A DNA stretch of 63,967 nt, filler included, from Octopus bimaculoides (GCF_001194135.2; 7 parts of 7 records of this genome joined end to end with filler, not necessarily neighbours in it), one strand, 5' to 3'. Numbered from the whole stretch's first letter, positions 13,857 through 26,492 are shown. A program made the numbers and translations. The notes: generated from the sequence alone by a model not told the origin.

Positions 13857-14440
13857 AAATTAGAAATGATCAAATTATAAATCTCACAGAGAGACTTAAG
13901 CGGCCGTGTTACGATAAAGCTGTTGTATATTGTCAACTTAATGTAACAATCCCAATAAGGGAATCATACTACTGCTATTTACCCTTAGGAAGCTGGATCG
14001 CTTCGTGTCGGCCTTGGCACATTTCCTGTGTCCTTATCTTTATGAGGGGGAGACAAACACCTCCACCCAGCCTAGCCTGCATTCATAGACATGTTTCTGA
14101 GTCTTTGCTCGTCATCAGTTTGAAGTAGCACGATTAGCTGGCTGAAGATGTCTATCAAGCTCTCACAAACATATTTCTAGTGAAGACACATTCACTGATT
14201 ACAAAAATTAGAAATAATCTAATTATAAATCTCACAGAGAGAATTAAGCAGCAGTGTTACGATAAAGCAGTTGTATACTGTCAACTTAACGTGACAGTTC
14301 CAATAAGGAAATCATACTGCTGCTATTTAGCCATAGGAAGCTAGACCGCTTCCTGTTGGCCTTGACACATTTTCTGTGTCCTTATGTTTATGAGGGGGAG
14401 ACAAGCACCTCCACCCAGCCTAGCCTGCATTCAGGGACAT
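13857..14440 (-). mobile_element. Tandem HHR-containing retrozyme-like element, ~1.7 monomers of 348 bp
   Basis: aattataaatctcacagagaga recurs at 13873 and 14221; HHR at 14082-14124; possible imperfect TSD gtctaatccag (13846-13856) / gtctattcaag (14441-14451). Confidence 0.8.
14082..14124 (-). ncRNA. Minimal type-I hammerhead ribozyme motif
   Basis: ttcaaa-CTGATGA-c.gag.caaaga.ctc.a-GAAA-CATG-TC-tatgaa: full core, helix I 5/6 pairs, helix II 3 bp, palindromic CATG helix III. Confidence 0.78.
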
Positions 14441-14504
14441 GTCTATTCAAGGTGTTCGAGATATTGCAAAACACCGTCAAGATCATTGTCAAAATTTGGA
14501 AAAC

Positions 14505-14760
14505 ATTGACGACGTTTGTCCCCTTATGTTTAGCCCCTTGTGGGCAATAAAGAAATAAGAAACGTTAGCACTCCGGGCGTAATGCTTAGCGGTGTTTCGT
14601 CTGTCTTTACGTTCTGAGTTCAAATTCCACCGATGTCGACTTTGCCTTTTATCCTTTCGGAGTTGGTAAATTATTTACCAAATGCGTACTTGGGTCGATC
14701 TAATCGACTGGCCCCTCTCTCCAAAAATTTCGGACCTTGTGCCTAGAGTGGAAAAGAATT
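14505..14760 (+). mobile_element. SINE family B: tail joined directly to a 5'-clipped second copy
   Basis: gccccttgtgggcaataaagaaataag|aaacgttagcactccgggcg...gagttcaaattcc...ggtcgatctaatcgactgg. Confidence 0.85.
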
Positions 14761-15199
14761 TTGTCTAAATTTTACAGAAACGAGAAAACCTGTGTATGTT
14801 GGGTGTTCTGCAGTGTGAAGGTAACTGAAAACACGTGACTGCGAAGTGAAATTCATAGCATTGAAAGCAAGCTTTCCCAGGTCGGTTCTAAAAACGAATC
14901 CATATAATTCCTCTTCGCATTATACCACCACCTACACCAACACTAGCGCCACCGATGCCGCTGCCATCAACTTCACCATCACCATTCATCCTTGCAGTGC
15001 TGCAGACAATAGAACTCAAATAACTCGTACGTATAAATCAGTTGGTATCTTCCGTACATTCGTCGCAACCATAAGAAAGAGATTGAGCATATCAGAGTGT
15101 GAATAGCCATAACAGAATTTTGGTGCATTACGAAAAATTCTATAGTTTCAAATTAAAAAAACAACTAAAAGAAAGCAAACAAAAATAAAACAAACCACA

Positions 15200-15410
15200 T
15201 ATTCACTGTTTTCTTTTTACTAGACATACATAGTATACGATTATTTTTCTCGAGTCTATCAACTGTTCTCCCGTACTGTTTTTTTCCTTTCTTTTTTCTT
15301 CGTTTATTTTTTTGGACTTCGTTATATGTATTTTATCTGCTATCTCTATTCTGCAAGCTTGAAGAAAGAAAATGCTGTTTCTTTTTCTTCCTTTTTTTTT
15401 TCGATTTTCC
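15200..15410 (-). repeat. AT-rich ~210-bp repeat, inverted partner of 13125-13335
   Basis: Reverse complement aligns with 13125-13335. Confidence 0.85.
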
Positions 15411-16693
15411 TTTTTTTTTTTTTTTACTAATTCTATATTCTTATAACAATCAAATGTTTTATTTATTTTATTTATTTTTGCTATTTTTTTGTTATTTACA
15501 TTCGGGTCAGATTCACGTAATTCATTCTTTTCCTTTATTTATTTATTTTATTTTGAATCTCGTTATTGAATCAAGAAGCAAATCTTTGTATTTGGATTGG
15601 ATAACTGTAAAGGAATAAAAAAATAACCACGAGAAAAAAATGCCAAAAAAAAAAGGAAAAAAAAACTATATAAGAAACAACCAACAGGTAATAAAATACA
15701 AAATGCAACGTATATATATATATACACCCACATAAATATATATATACATCTATGCATACTTGTCTATCCATAATGCATACGTATATATATACATATATAC
15801 ATACGTGTACGTATCTATCTAGATCTATATCAACAGAAATATATTTTGGTAAAACACAATATTCTCTACGTACTATGAGGAGAGAGAACAAAAAAAATAT
15901 ATAAATCTATTAAGTTAATCAGCCAAAAAAAAAAATGTAAGATGAAAAAAATATATATTATATTCATCTAATTCTATGTAATAACTAAGGATTTAATCCT
16001 GTTTCAAAGTATAAAAGGCCCCTTTCAAATATCCTTTATCGTATCATACTATACACTTCAAAGGCTACATTGAAATGTTATTTTCTGTGTTTAATAGCAT
16101 CTAGTAACCACATTTTATTGCCTCTGCTATCGTTTAGTGACAATAAAACCGTATTGTAATGATATATAAAAGACTTGGAAACTTCAGTCATCTCCCAATT
16201 TCACACGTGACATAGATGTACAAAGGAAATTATATTCTTTGAGGAGTAGGGGTAGATTTTTATTCGGACAGAAAAGTAGCTGGGTCCTTGTAGTCGTAAT
16301 AGTTGTTGCCGTTATTATCTTTGTCGTTGTAGCCCTTCTTATCGATTTTGTTTCTAGTTGTGGTTTTTTTAGTCCACAATTGCCAACCTCATATCAACCC
16401 TGATCGAGCATTCTCAACGAAACAGGTATGGTGATTGATCTATTGAGCCTTGGCTGTACGGTTAAGAATTTCGAATTTAGTTTCAAGCAAATATCGCTTC
16501 AGGTTCAATCCGACTGTAGAGCAACGTAATCATATGTGATTGTCTTTTATTCGTTACTCTTGCCGCCAAATAACGTATCCCTTGTGAATGAAACTTGACG
16601 CAAAAACATTTATTGGCAACAGATGGTTCCAATACACAGGTATATATGCACACACACACGTATATATATATATATATATATAATATATATATA

Positions 16694-16734
<41 letters not shown>

Positions 16735-16815
16735 AACATAGTTAAGGGATCAGCAACAGTTGCTTCATCACNNNNNNNNNNNNNNNNNNNNNNNNNNNNN
16801 NNNNNNNNNNNNNNN

Positions 16816-16827
16816 TTAATTAATTAA
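16816..16827. other. Assembly spacer TTAATTAATTAA inside a 100-bp gap; also at 22952, 30695, 51274, 58578 and 62798
   Basis: Identical 12-mer centred in N runs (44 N each side where counted); stop codons in all six frames. Confidence 0.95.
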
Positions 16828-16902
16828 NNNNNNNNNNNNNNNNNNNNNNNNNNNNNNNNNNNNNNNNNNNNTATATATATAGATAGATAGATAGATAGAT
16901 AT

Positions 16903-16969
<67 letters not shown>

Positions 16970-17135
16970 CACGACGGGCTTCCTTCAGTTTCCGTCTACG
17001 AAATCCACTGACAAGGCTTTGGTCGGCTCGATGCTATAGTAGAAGACACTTGCCCAAGTTGCCATGCAGTGGGACTGAAACCGGAACCATGTGATAGGTA
17101 AGCAAGCTATTTAGCACACAGCCACTCTTGCGCCT
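16970..17135 (-). mobile_element. SINE family A head
   Basis: Reverse complement of aggcgcaagagtggctgtgtgc...ggtttcagtccc...gacggaaactgaaggaagcccgtcgt. Confidence 0.88.
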
Positions 17136-17382
17136 ATATATACATGTATATATAGATATAATTATATGTGCGTGTGTGTATTAATATTTAGTTTAAGTAA
17201 CAGAGTGACTCAATTTGCAAGAGTTTCGTGCGTTGTCATTTATCAAACTGGTTTGATAAGTGCCTAAGCACGAATCTCGAGGACATTGAGTCACTCTGTT
17301 ACCGCTGTTAAATATTAATAAAGATATACATTTACTCATAGTTTGACTTCTATTTTTCCTCTTTGCATCAACATGCCTACAT

Positions 17383-17427
<45 letters not shown>

Positions 17428-20400
17428 NNNNNNNNNNNNNNNNNNNNNNNNNNNNNNNNNNNNNNNNNNNNNNNNNNNNNNNNNNNNNNNNNNNNNNNNN
17501 NNNNNNNNNNNNNNNNNNNNNNNNNNNNNNNNNNNNNNNNNNNNNNNNNNNNNNNNNNNNNNNNNNNNNNNNNNNNNNNNNNNNNNNNNNNNNNNNNNNN
17601 NNNNNNNNNNNNNNNNNNNNNNNNNNNNNNNNNNNNNNNNNNNNNNNNNNNNNNNNNNNNNNNNNNNNNNNNNNNNNNNNNNNNNNNNNNNNNNNNNNNN
17701 NNNNNNNNNNNNNNNNNNNNNNNNNNNNNNNNNNNNNNNNNNNNNNNNNNNNNNNNNNNNNNNNNNNNNNNNNNNNNNNNNNNNNNNNNNNNNNNNNNNN
17801 NNNNNNNNNNNNNNNNNNNNNNNNNNNNNNNNNNNNNNNNNNNNNNNNNNNNNNNNNNNNNNNNNNNNNNNNNNNNNNNNNNNNNNNNNNNNNNNNNNNN
17901 NNNNNNNNNNNNNNNNNNNNNNNNNNNNNNNNNNNNNNNNNNNNNNNNNNNNNNNNNNNNNNNNNNNNNNNNNNNNNNNNNNNNNNNNNNNNNNNNNNNN
18001 NNNNNNNNNNNNNNNNNNNNNNNNNNNNNNNNNNNNNNNNNNNNNNNNNNNNNNNNNNNNNNNNNNNNNNNNNNNNNNNNNNNNNNNNNNNNNNNNNNNN
18101 NNNNNNNNNNNNNNNNNNNNNNNNNNNNNNNNNNNNNNNNNNNNNNNNNNNNNNNNNNNNNNNNNNNNNNNNNNNNNNNNNNNNNNNNNNNNNNNNNNNN
18201 NNNNNNNNNNNNNNNNNNNNNNNNNNNNNNNNNNNNNNNNNNNNNNNNNNNNNNNNNNNNNNNNNNNNNNNNNNNNNNNNNNNNNNNTATATATATATAT
18301 ATATATATTATCTTAGTTGAAAAACTTCGCTAAGATAGATATGTTAACAGTTACCAGGGTAGCAAAATTCACAAAGAAACTGGGATATTATACCTGGTTA
18401 AGGGGTAGAAATTATATGTTAAAGTGATGTATTTTGAGTTGATATCATAAAGAATAAATGGAGCAAAACGCATATGATAAATAAGTTCCTTTAATATATA
18501 TATATTCTTTGTCAAAGTAATACATACGACATTTTTAGTGCAAATATTTTCTCCCAACCAAAATTTGAACATCGCGTTTACTCTCTACCAGTATTTTTTT
18601 TTTCAATTATCACCACGAATCATAGAGTAGACATTGCTTTATGTCAGAATTATATGGATATCTTAAAACAGCTTATAAAATTTTACAACTGTCGGTGTCC
18701 TAAAAATGAAAGCACAAAATTCATGAGAATTCGCAGTATTCCTTTCATATGAAACAATAGAACAATGTTTATATTAACATGATCCAAATTAGAATTATTA
18801 CTAAAATATAAACATAAGTTAGTCGCAGTGACTTTTACTTCAGGCAACCGTTGTTTTGTATCCTTTTATAAACTTGTGTACTCTTTCTGTATTTGAATAA
18901 TTATCACTTTATAGACTTTACGCTAGTGACAATGTATTCTATTGGTCTCATCATGATGAAAGGCTAATTATGACTTTTCAACTCTATTATGTATTGCCTT
19001 TTTTATTTCACTATTGTTAATTGAAATATTAATTGCATCTTCTTAAAATGAAATTGATTTTTAATTAACACTGTTCATTATATATTTTCATGAAATACAC
19101 GTACAACTAACGTCTGCTAGCTGTCAAATGATTTGTAATATAAATAAAGGAATAAGTAGCGGTTTCGTTCCGCACTTCACAGTATTCGAATTTCATGAGT
19201 TTGAGGTGGAAACCATATTCAAACTGCAGAGTGACTACACAAGAAAACGTCATATTCTAGATGCTATTATATGGAAATAATGTTACGTGAAGTATCATTA
19301 TAAATTAAGTCACGACAGGTAAATTTCTCAACGTTGCTCATGAATGTTACACGAGAGTTTACGCGTCCCACTCAGACAATACTCTCGAAACATACTGAAT
19401 AAAAATTAAGTAACGAAACATTATATCAGTTATATAAATAGTTAAGGAATTTATAAATGATATTCTACAAAAAATTGATGCCAATTACATTTTTTAATGC
19501 ATTTCAATTTAGCTTAATGTTTACAACGTACAAGGTATGATTTGCACTTTGTGAAACCGCTTGACTCATGAGCCAATTTAGCCACAATTACAACTGGACT
19601 TTTCAATTTTAATATATTTCCACAGCATATAAATAAATTACGGACCTAGCATTTCTTGCCTTAGTATTTGTCAACCTGTGTATTTCATCTATGAGTGTAA
19701 AATAAATCTGCTGGTTATTAACGGGAACAAAATATATATACTTATTTTCTTCAGTTCTATGTAGCGGTCTGTATCATAACGCATATGCATATATGTGTAT
19801 GTATATGCTTATATGTGTGTGTGTGTGTGTGTGTATATTCCTGCCTCAAGGCTTTCACTCCACACACACCAGATCTAATTGATTCATCTCTATTAGTCGA
19901 AAGATACTTGTTACTTTTTGTTTGTAATTGAGTAACATTTTCTCCACTTTTTTCCTTTGTTTTTGTTTTTTTCTGTACTCTCGTACACATTCGCATGCTT
20001 TCTCGCAAAATATTTAATGTTCTTAGCTTAGGTTTTTGGAGCCAGCCAGATTTGAACAGTCTCAAGTGTAACCGGCGGAAACTGAAAGGATAATCTGGAA
20101 ACTTGACTAATGAAAGAAGAGCACGAATGGCCCGTCCATGTTTTGTCCAGTGCGTCTTTTTGCTGTTTCCTCTGTCCGTCTTCGTATCGTTTGTCCGGAT
20201 GTTTCTATTGTCGTCCGTTGCGTTCTTGTTACAGTTTAGTAAACTTATAAAAACGAAAGGGAATAATAGACTACGCGCGTTTCGTGACCACATAATAGTG
20301 GAAAAGATCTGTGCAATCTACAATAAATCGATCTAGAGAAGTTCCGCTCAAAATGAGGACACTCTTCAGGTCTTGTAGATTCAAAAAACGTATCCTAATA

Positions 20401-21133
20401 TTTGAAAATGCAAAAAAGCACTAATATATATATATATATATATTAATTGTGTTGGTGCCCAATGAAATGAGGATAATAAATAAGTATTTTTTCTGACTAC
20501 TCAAAACACCAATATCATAGTTTTGTGTTTAACCGTTCTTAACCATTACAACCTAATAAAACTGTGTTGTTCACAATGATTTTTATAAATACATGAGGTC
20601 TCATAAATATACTAGACCATTGAATGAGTTTCTTTCAGTTATTCAACATGGCAGATGCAGAGCCAAGGCTCCATGAAATCACTTGCCTTATGATTTAAAG
20701 AAGAAGGTCAAACATGTTTATTGTGTTGTATGGCAGAAGAAACCCTGTTATGAATATATAAACTATGATCATACTACTGGAACGGTCTTGACGATAGGTA
20801 CACTCCATCTGAAAACATCGAATATATCATATTAACGAAAGAACTCTTTAATGCTTAGCTCTACTACATTTCGCCTACCATAAATATTGTATTGATTTAG
20901 AAGATACAAATAAAAAAAGTAGACTGACTTTAGACGATAACAAATTTCTTCAAAGATAAAACGTACAATTAAAAAGAAACTTTCCTACAGTCTAAGTTAT
21001 CATTTTCATCCAAATACTTATAACATCAAACAGTACTGTCTTTTTAGAGAAAGAACGTAAAGGATGGGTTAAATACGAACAACAATACTTAGTTTATTTA
21101 GCCATTTAACATTATTATTATTGTTGTTGTTGC

Positions 21134-21191
<58 letters not shown>

Positions 21192-22289
21192 TGTGTTTAT
21201 TTGAAAACATGAAATTTCTAATTCCACAAAACAATCAACACACATCAACGGAAATATATTTCTTTTCTTTTATGTAGAAAATATATTAATTTTAAAAGCA
21301 TATATATGTTGAATGTCATAATCATTTTTTTCTGATGAAACAGAAAATGTATTCATAAAACGACAGATGCCATTGTACGTTGAAAACATTTCTTTATATT
21401 TAAATTTCAGACATTCGATATTCATGCAGAATTTTTTGTTAAAAATTTATAACTTCCATTCCTCACTATATATCTATAAAGTGTCCAAAAAATACTTGAT
21501 ATATGCAAAATTATTCACTAAAATTTCGCAACTACATTTTAAAACAAAAGTGTGTAATCTACTCCTATTACAGCAATAGAAATAGTCTTGTATTCACTGT
21601 GAGCAATAAAAATATGACTATTCTTATTGTGTTCATTTCCATTAGAATACCTCTTACGAGATTATGTGTCTTAGTTACGACGTATTTTCTATTACTAAAT
21701 AAGAAATGGTGACAGCTTAAGTCTATATTCAATACTCTGATAAATGTGAAACATTGCTACAGACAATGCTTTGCACGAGTGCATATATGTTTTGGCAAAC
21801 TACTAGGTAAGTAACCAACTTTACCAAAATGGGATGAAAGTGAAAGTAGATTTTGTGTGTAAAGATATTTTCACAAATGTGTCTGTTTGTGTGTATATAT
21901 ATATATATATNNNNNNNNNNATATATATTATGGTTGATTGATTCTTTGAATCCCCAAATTATATAACCTAATCGTACTATACAGAAATATATAAAAAATA
22001 GTTGATATTTCTATATACAATGTACATCCTACACACGTGCTCTTTCGAATTACGCTGAATATTTTCAGTGAGTAATGAGTTCGTTAAATGTACGCGTGCG
22101 TGCATATGATGGCCGTCCACTCGTGACCGAGGAAGACCATTGCTGGCCTTCAAGAACATTGTGCGTTTTAGGACTAACTTATATTTTGCATTTGCGGCTC
22201 TGTTCGTAGTTTCTAAGCCCTGCTCTTGACAACCATACACGACTGCAAACATGTCAAACCAAGTTTTCTCCATTCCCTACACCAGCAGT

Positions 22290-22625
22290 GCTCTTTCGAG
22301 CAGCGCATAAGTTCTTCATGCAGAATACATGCTCTCTCAAAAGTGTCGACCTCCTCCTTAACCCGCTTCTTCTATCTGTGGCAATAACAGACATTGTTCT
22401 CCCAGTCAGTCTACAGCATATCACAGGCCTTTAATGGGGACTTGAGACAGTCCTTAAATCGCAGCCTTGGTCACTTTCTATTCAGAAGCTCCCCATATAG
22501 CATCTGCTTAGGGATCCTGCTATCCTTCATTGAAAAAAAGTGTCTAGCTCAACATAACCGGTGCTTGTGCACCATCATCTCAATACACAAGATATCAGGT
22601 GTCCTCAGGACCCGTGTGTCTGGAG
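22290..22625 (-). mobile_element. RTE-clade LINE fragment (post-RT C-terminal region)
   Basis: Minus translation MKDSRIPKQMLYGELL...PRLRFKDCLKSPLKAC...DWEN with in-frame stops. Confidence 0.8.
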
Positions 22626-22699
22626 TTTTTAAGGTGCGTGCATATACATGCATACATACATACATTTATTTCACAAGTATATGTATACACACACACACA

Positions 22700-22868
22700 T
22701 ACAATAGGAACTTATGAAAAGTTGCTGGCTTTAAGGATATCTCGAAAGGCCTGGTTGGATTTCCAAACTTCCGAGTTCATTTACAGAAATTAGAAAGATC
22801 ACTGCAACAATGATTCTTCTGCATTACTTACTTTTACCACAAAACAGGAACCTTTCAGCACCCCCCGG
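22700..22868. mobile_element. Degenerate mariner MITE
   Basis: tgaaaagttgctgg ... caggaacctttcagcacccccc TIR-like ends; related to 4865-5051. Confidence 0.65.
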
Positions 22869-23007
22869 ACAAATGTATGAATGTATGAATGTATGAATAT
22901 ATATATANNNNNNNNNNNNNNNNNNNNNNNNNNNNNNNNNNNNNNNNNNNNTTAATTAATTAANNNNNNNNNNNNNNNNNNNNNNNNNNNNNNNNNNNNN
23001 NNNNNNN

Positions 23008-23058
<51 letters not shown>

Positions 23059-23404
23059 AGAGCATTATTATAGAACAATACCTCACGCTAAAGTACCATA
23101 ATAAACACATTTTTACCGAACGCGAGGAAATGCAACTCTCAAAAACTGGCCTCTTAAAAACAGACTGAACTATATATCGAACGATTTCACGATTATTACA
23201 ACAATATGTAACTTTCGATCATCAGTATAGTATGGTCAAAATATATAAAAATAAACAAAAGATTCAACATACGAAAACGAACACCCATGTATCCGGCATC
23301 GTACATAGAAGATTGTTTATCTCTATATATCTATGTAAAAGGCGGGCTTTTTTTGAATTGTACTTCGGTACACGTGTTTATTCAGCACTGAATATATTCC
23401 GGTT

Positions 23405-24250
23405 ATATATTTAATTAATTCAATAATAGGATAAAAAATTTTTACAAGAATTTTATCAAGTAGTTAGCGTGAAAAAACTCATAAGAGAAAAATCTATCAT
23501 TTATTCCCTAGAATATATTTATTTATATTTATATAAGGGCATTACTTTAGAAGAATGCCGCACGATTTCCAAGTAATTTTATCTTAACCTTTTTGATGCG
23601 ACTCTACTCTATGCGGTTTCTCCCCCGTCCTTCTCTAATTCNNNNNNNNNNNNNNNNNNNNNNNNNNNNNNNNNNNNNNNNNNNNNNNNNNNNNNNNNNN
23701 NNNNNNNNNNNNNNNNNNNNNNNNNNNNNNNNNNNNNNNNNNNNNNNNNNNNNNNNNNNNNNNNNNNNNNNNNNNNNNNNATATATATATATATATATAT
23801 ATAAGACTATTGAATTAACGAACATTTTTCCTTTTTTTCCCTTCTTTCCCTCACATTTTCTTTCTGTTTTCCTTCTATTTATCTTTGCCCTTTAATCGTT
23901 CCGATGATGTCTATCAATTGCAACGAGGTAAATGCAAATTTACCCCAGCTTCATATACTGAAACAGCTGTAAACATACTCCCTTCTTAATTAAATAATGA
24001 CTTTATAACACCAACGATCCACTTCTCACTGTTATTTATTGCTCCATTTCTTATCGTCTTTATATATACTAAACCACGGTTTACCTTTTAAATTACCTAC
24101 TACCGTATACCTTATAACAAGGACCATACATACTGAGGTAATACCAGGAGTGCCTATGGATATATCTATCCCTTAGATGGTTACATTACCTTTAACTTAT
24201 ACATATATATATACATATATATTATTTATATTATTTATATTATTATTATA
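23405..24250 (+). mobile_element. Probable Penelope-like terminal region, interrupted by a gap
   Basis: HHR-like motif at 23898-23974; 23461-23507 recurs inverted at ~36365-36412. Confidence 0.5.
23898..23974 (+). ncRNA. HHR-like motif with long helix II and U4C core variant
   Basis: gtt-CCGATGA-(52 nt including hairpin ggtaaat-GCAA-atttacc)-GAAA-CAGCTG-TA-aac; palindromic helix III. Confidence 0.55.
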
Positions 24251-25223
24251 TATATAAAAGAATAAAAAAGTATATATATATGTATCCACACATATATAAA
24301 CATATATGCGCACATACATACACTCACACACACATACACATACACGCACTCATATATATACACGTATATAAGTTTGACTTTGCTTTCGTTTCTTACTCAA
24401 GCGTTGATAGGTTTTCTACATACATGCATACATGCTTGCATGCCTATACAACACCTGTACAACTACATATATATTCGTTAGTATGTGTGTGTATGTATGT
24501 ATGCATGCATGCGTGCATGTATGCATGTATGTATGTATGCATGTATGTATGTATTATGTCATTTATTTCAAGATTTCTTGCCAATACAGAGAGCCGGTTT
24601 CTAATCTAGATCTAAGACTCCATCATTGGAATTTCAACATCAACAGGGTATTTTTGTTTATGTATGTATGTATGTGTGCATGTATGTATCTATCTACATA
24701 TCTATCTATCTATCTATGTACGTATGTATGTATGTATGTATGTATGTATCTATGTATATGTGTATAAATGCAGATTTGTATGTTTTGCTTTATGTATGTA
24801 TTCTCCTGCATATGGTTACATATCTAGATATGCTCATATATATTTAAATGAGAAACTTCTGGAAAGTTTTACAGATTTTTACAGTTCCAGTGATTGAATG
24901 GATTTGTAGTCTTCGAATCAGCTTTCTCCTTTCTGATTTCGAAAAGCCTATTTTTCTCAAGATTGGTGATTAGGCAGTGTGTTACATATCCCAGGGCCCC
25001 AATAATTACAGGTATGTACGTAGGTGTATATGATTATGTATGTATGCATATTTATATGTATGTTTGTATACAAATACCTATGTTTGTGTCTATGCATCTG
25101 AACTTGTATTACGTGTGCAAGCACGCATATATGAATATCTAAGTCATGACTTATGTATGTGCGTACGTTGATATATATATGTGTGTGTGTGTGCGTGTGT
25201 ATGTGTGTGTGTATGTATGTGTG

Positions 25224-25275
<52 letters not shown>

Positions 25276-25304
25276 ACACCTGGGTATATACATTTATTGT
25301 AGAT

Positions 25305-25400
25305 GCGCGTGGTTCAGTGGTTAAGGTGTTGCACGTATGATCGTTGGACTGTGGTTTCGATCCCTGGACTGGGCGACGTGTTGTGTCTGTCTGGGAATAA
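25305..25400 (+). mobile_element. SINE head (family C/D-like)
   Basis: gtggttcagtggttaagg...ggtttcgatccc, A-box and B-box like. Confidence 0.7.
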
Positions 25401-25523
25401 AAGGTGCATAAAGTATGTCCTGTGCGTTTGAGCATGAAATTGCATGTTTATATGCATTTTTATGCTCAAACGTACAGAACAAATTTTCTGCACCTTTGGA
25501 AGAGTGAAGATGTGCATAAGTGA

Positions 25524-25562
<39 letters not shown>

Positions 25563-25611
25563 TTACTTGGAAAAGGACGCGTGGCGTTCGATCATATAAT
25601 AACATAAATAT

Positions 25612-25998
25612 ATAGATATATGCATATATCCATACATATATGTACATACCTACATCTATATGTATACATACATGCATATATGGGTACAGGACATCACAAA
25701 AAAACGTTGAACACAATGAGAAACGAAAACAAAGACGAAAACAGAAAACGAACTTTTTTTCGAACAACGAAAAAACAAACAGAGAAACGAGACATGCAAC
25801 ATAAAGAGTATATCCCTTCGTCAGTTGTCCCTGTCCATCTACTCCGCGTTTCGAAGAAAGTTCGTTTTCTGTTTTCGTTTTTATGTTTTCGTTTTTCGTT
25901 TTTCATTGTGTTTAACGTTTTTTTTATGCCCTGTACCCATATATGCATGTATGTATACATATGTACATATATGTATGGATATATGCATATATCTATAT
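25612..25998. mobile_element. Fold-back (inverted) repeat element, Penelope-like terminal structure
   Basis: Arms ~25612-25764 and ~25850-25998 meeting at ttcgaa; same family as 55425-55590. Confidence 0.7.
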
Positions 25999-26003
25999 AT
26001 TTA

Positions 26004-26040
<37 letters not shown>

Positions 26041-26046
<6 letters not shown>

Positions 26047-26430
26047 CTAGCCTTGAAGCCGCTCTTAGGGCGGCATTCAGGCTAGTTCCTGCGGAGGGCA
26101 CCTTTGAGGCCTTCGGACCCACTATCGGGCCGCTTGGCAATCCTGTACCTTTGTGTAGGGAAATTTATTTCTGTAAATGTGCTAAGTACTGATGCTGATC
26201 ATAGTTTAATCAATAAGCGTAGGAGTGAGGTAAATGCAGTAAAAGTAGTGGGGTCAGTGGGGCCCCAATTAGGCAGCCCTTTAAAAAAAATAGACCCCTT
26301 AGGACATACCCTTGGATTAGGGGAGTTGCTGGTTTGAGTTTCGTTGTCCTTGTGCCAATGGTCTTGGAGGAGTTAACAGACGTAAAAACGTAACGGACAG
26401 AGAAACATCGCTCAAATTTATATTAAGATG
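26041..26430 (+). mobile_element. Possible Helentron/DINE-like non-autonomous element
   Basis: 5' subterminal hairpin ctagcc..gccgc..gcggc..ggctag; 3' end acagacg...ggacaga...tttatattaagat; GC-richer than the flanks. Confidence 0.4.
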
Positions 26431-26444
26431 TGTGTGTGTGCATT

Positions 26445-26492
<48 letters not shown>

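Noticed and set aside
14846-15106. 86-aa Thr-rich ORF with a possible acceptor at 14880
   Set aside because: Non-ATG start, core is a decayed ACC/GCC repeat, no recognisable homology
16405-16440. ccCTGATCGA...GAAAcaggTAtgg HHR-like string
   Set aside because: Extra base in the core, no helix II, non-palindromic helix III; likely chance
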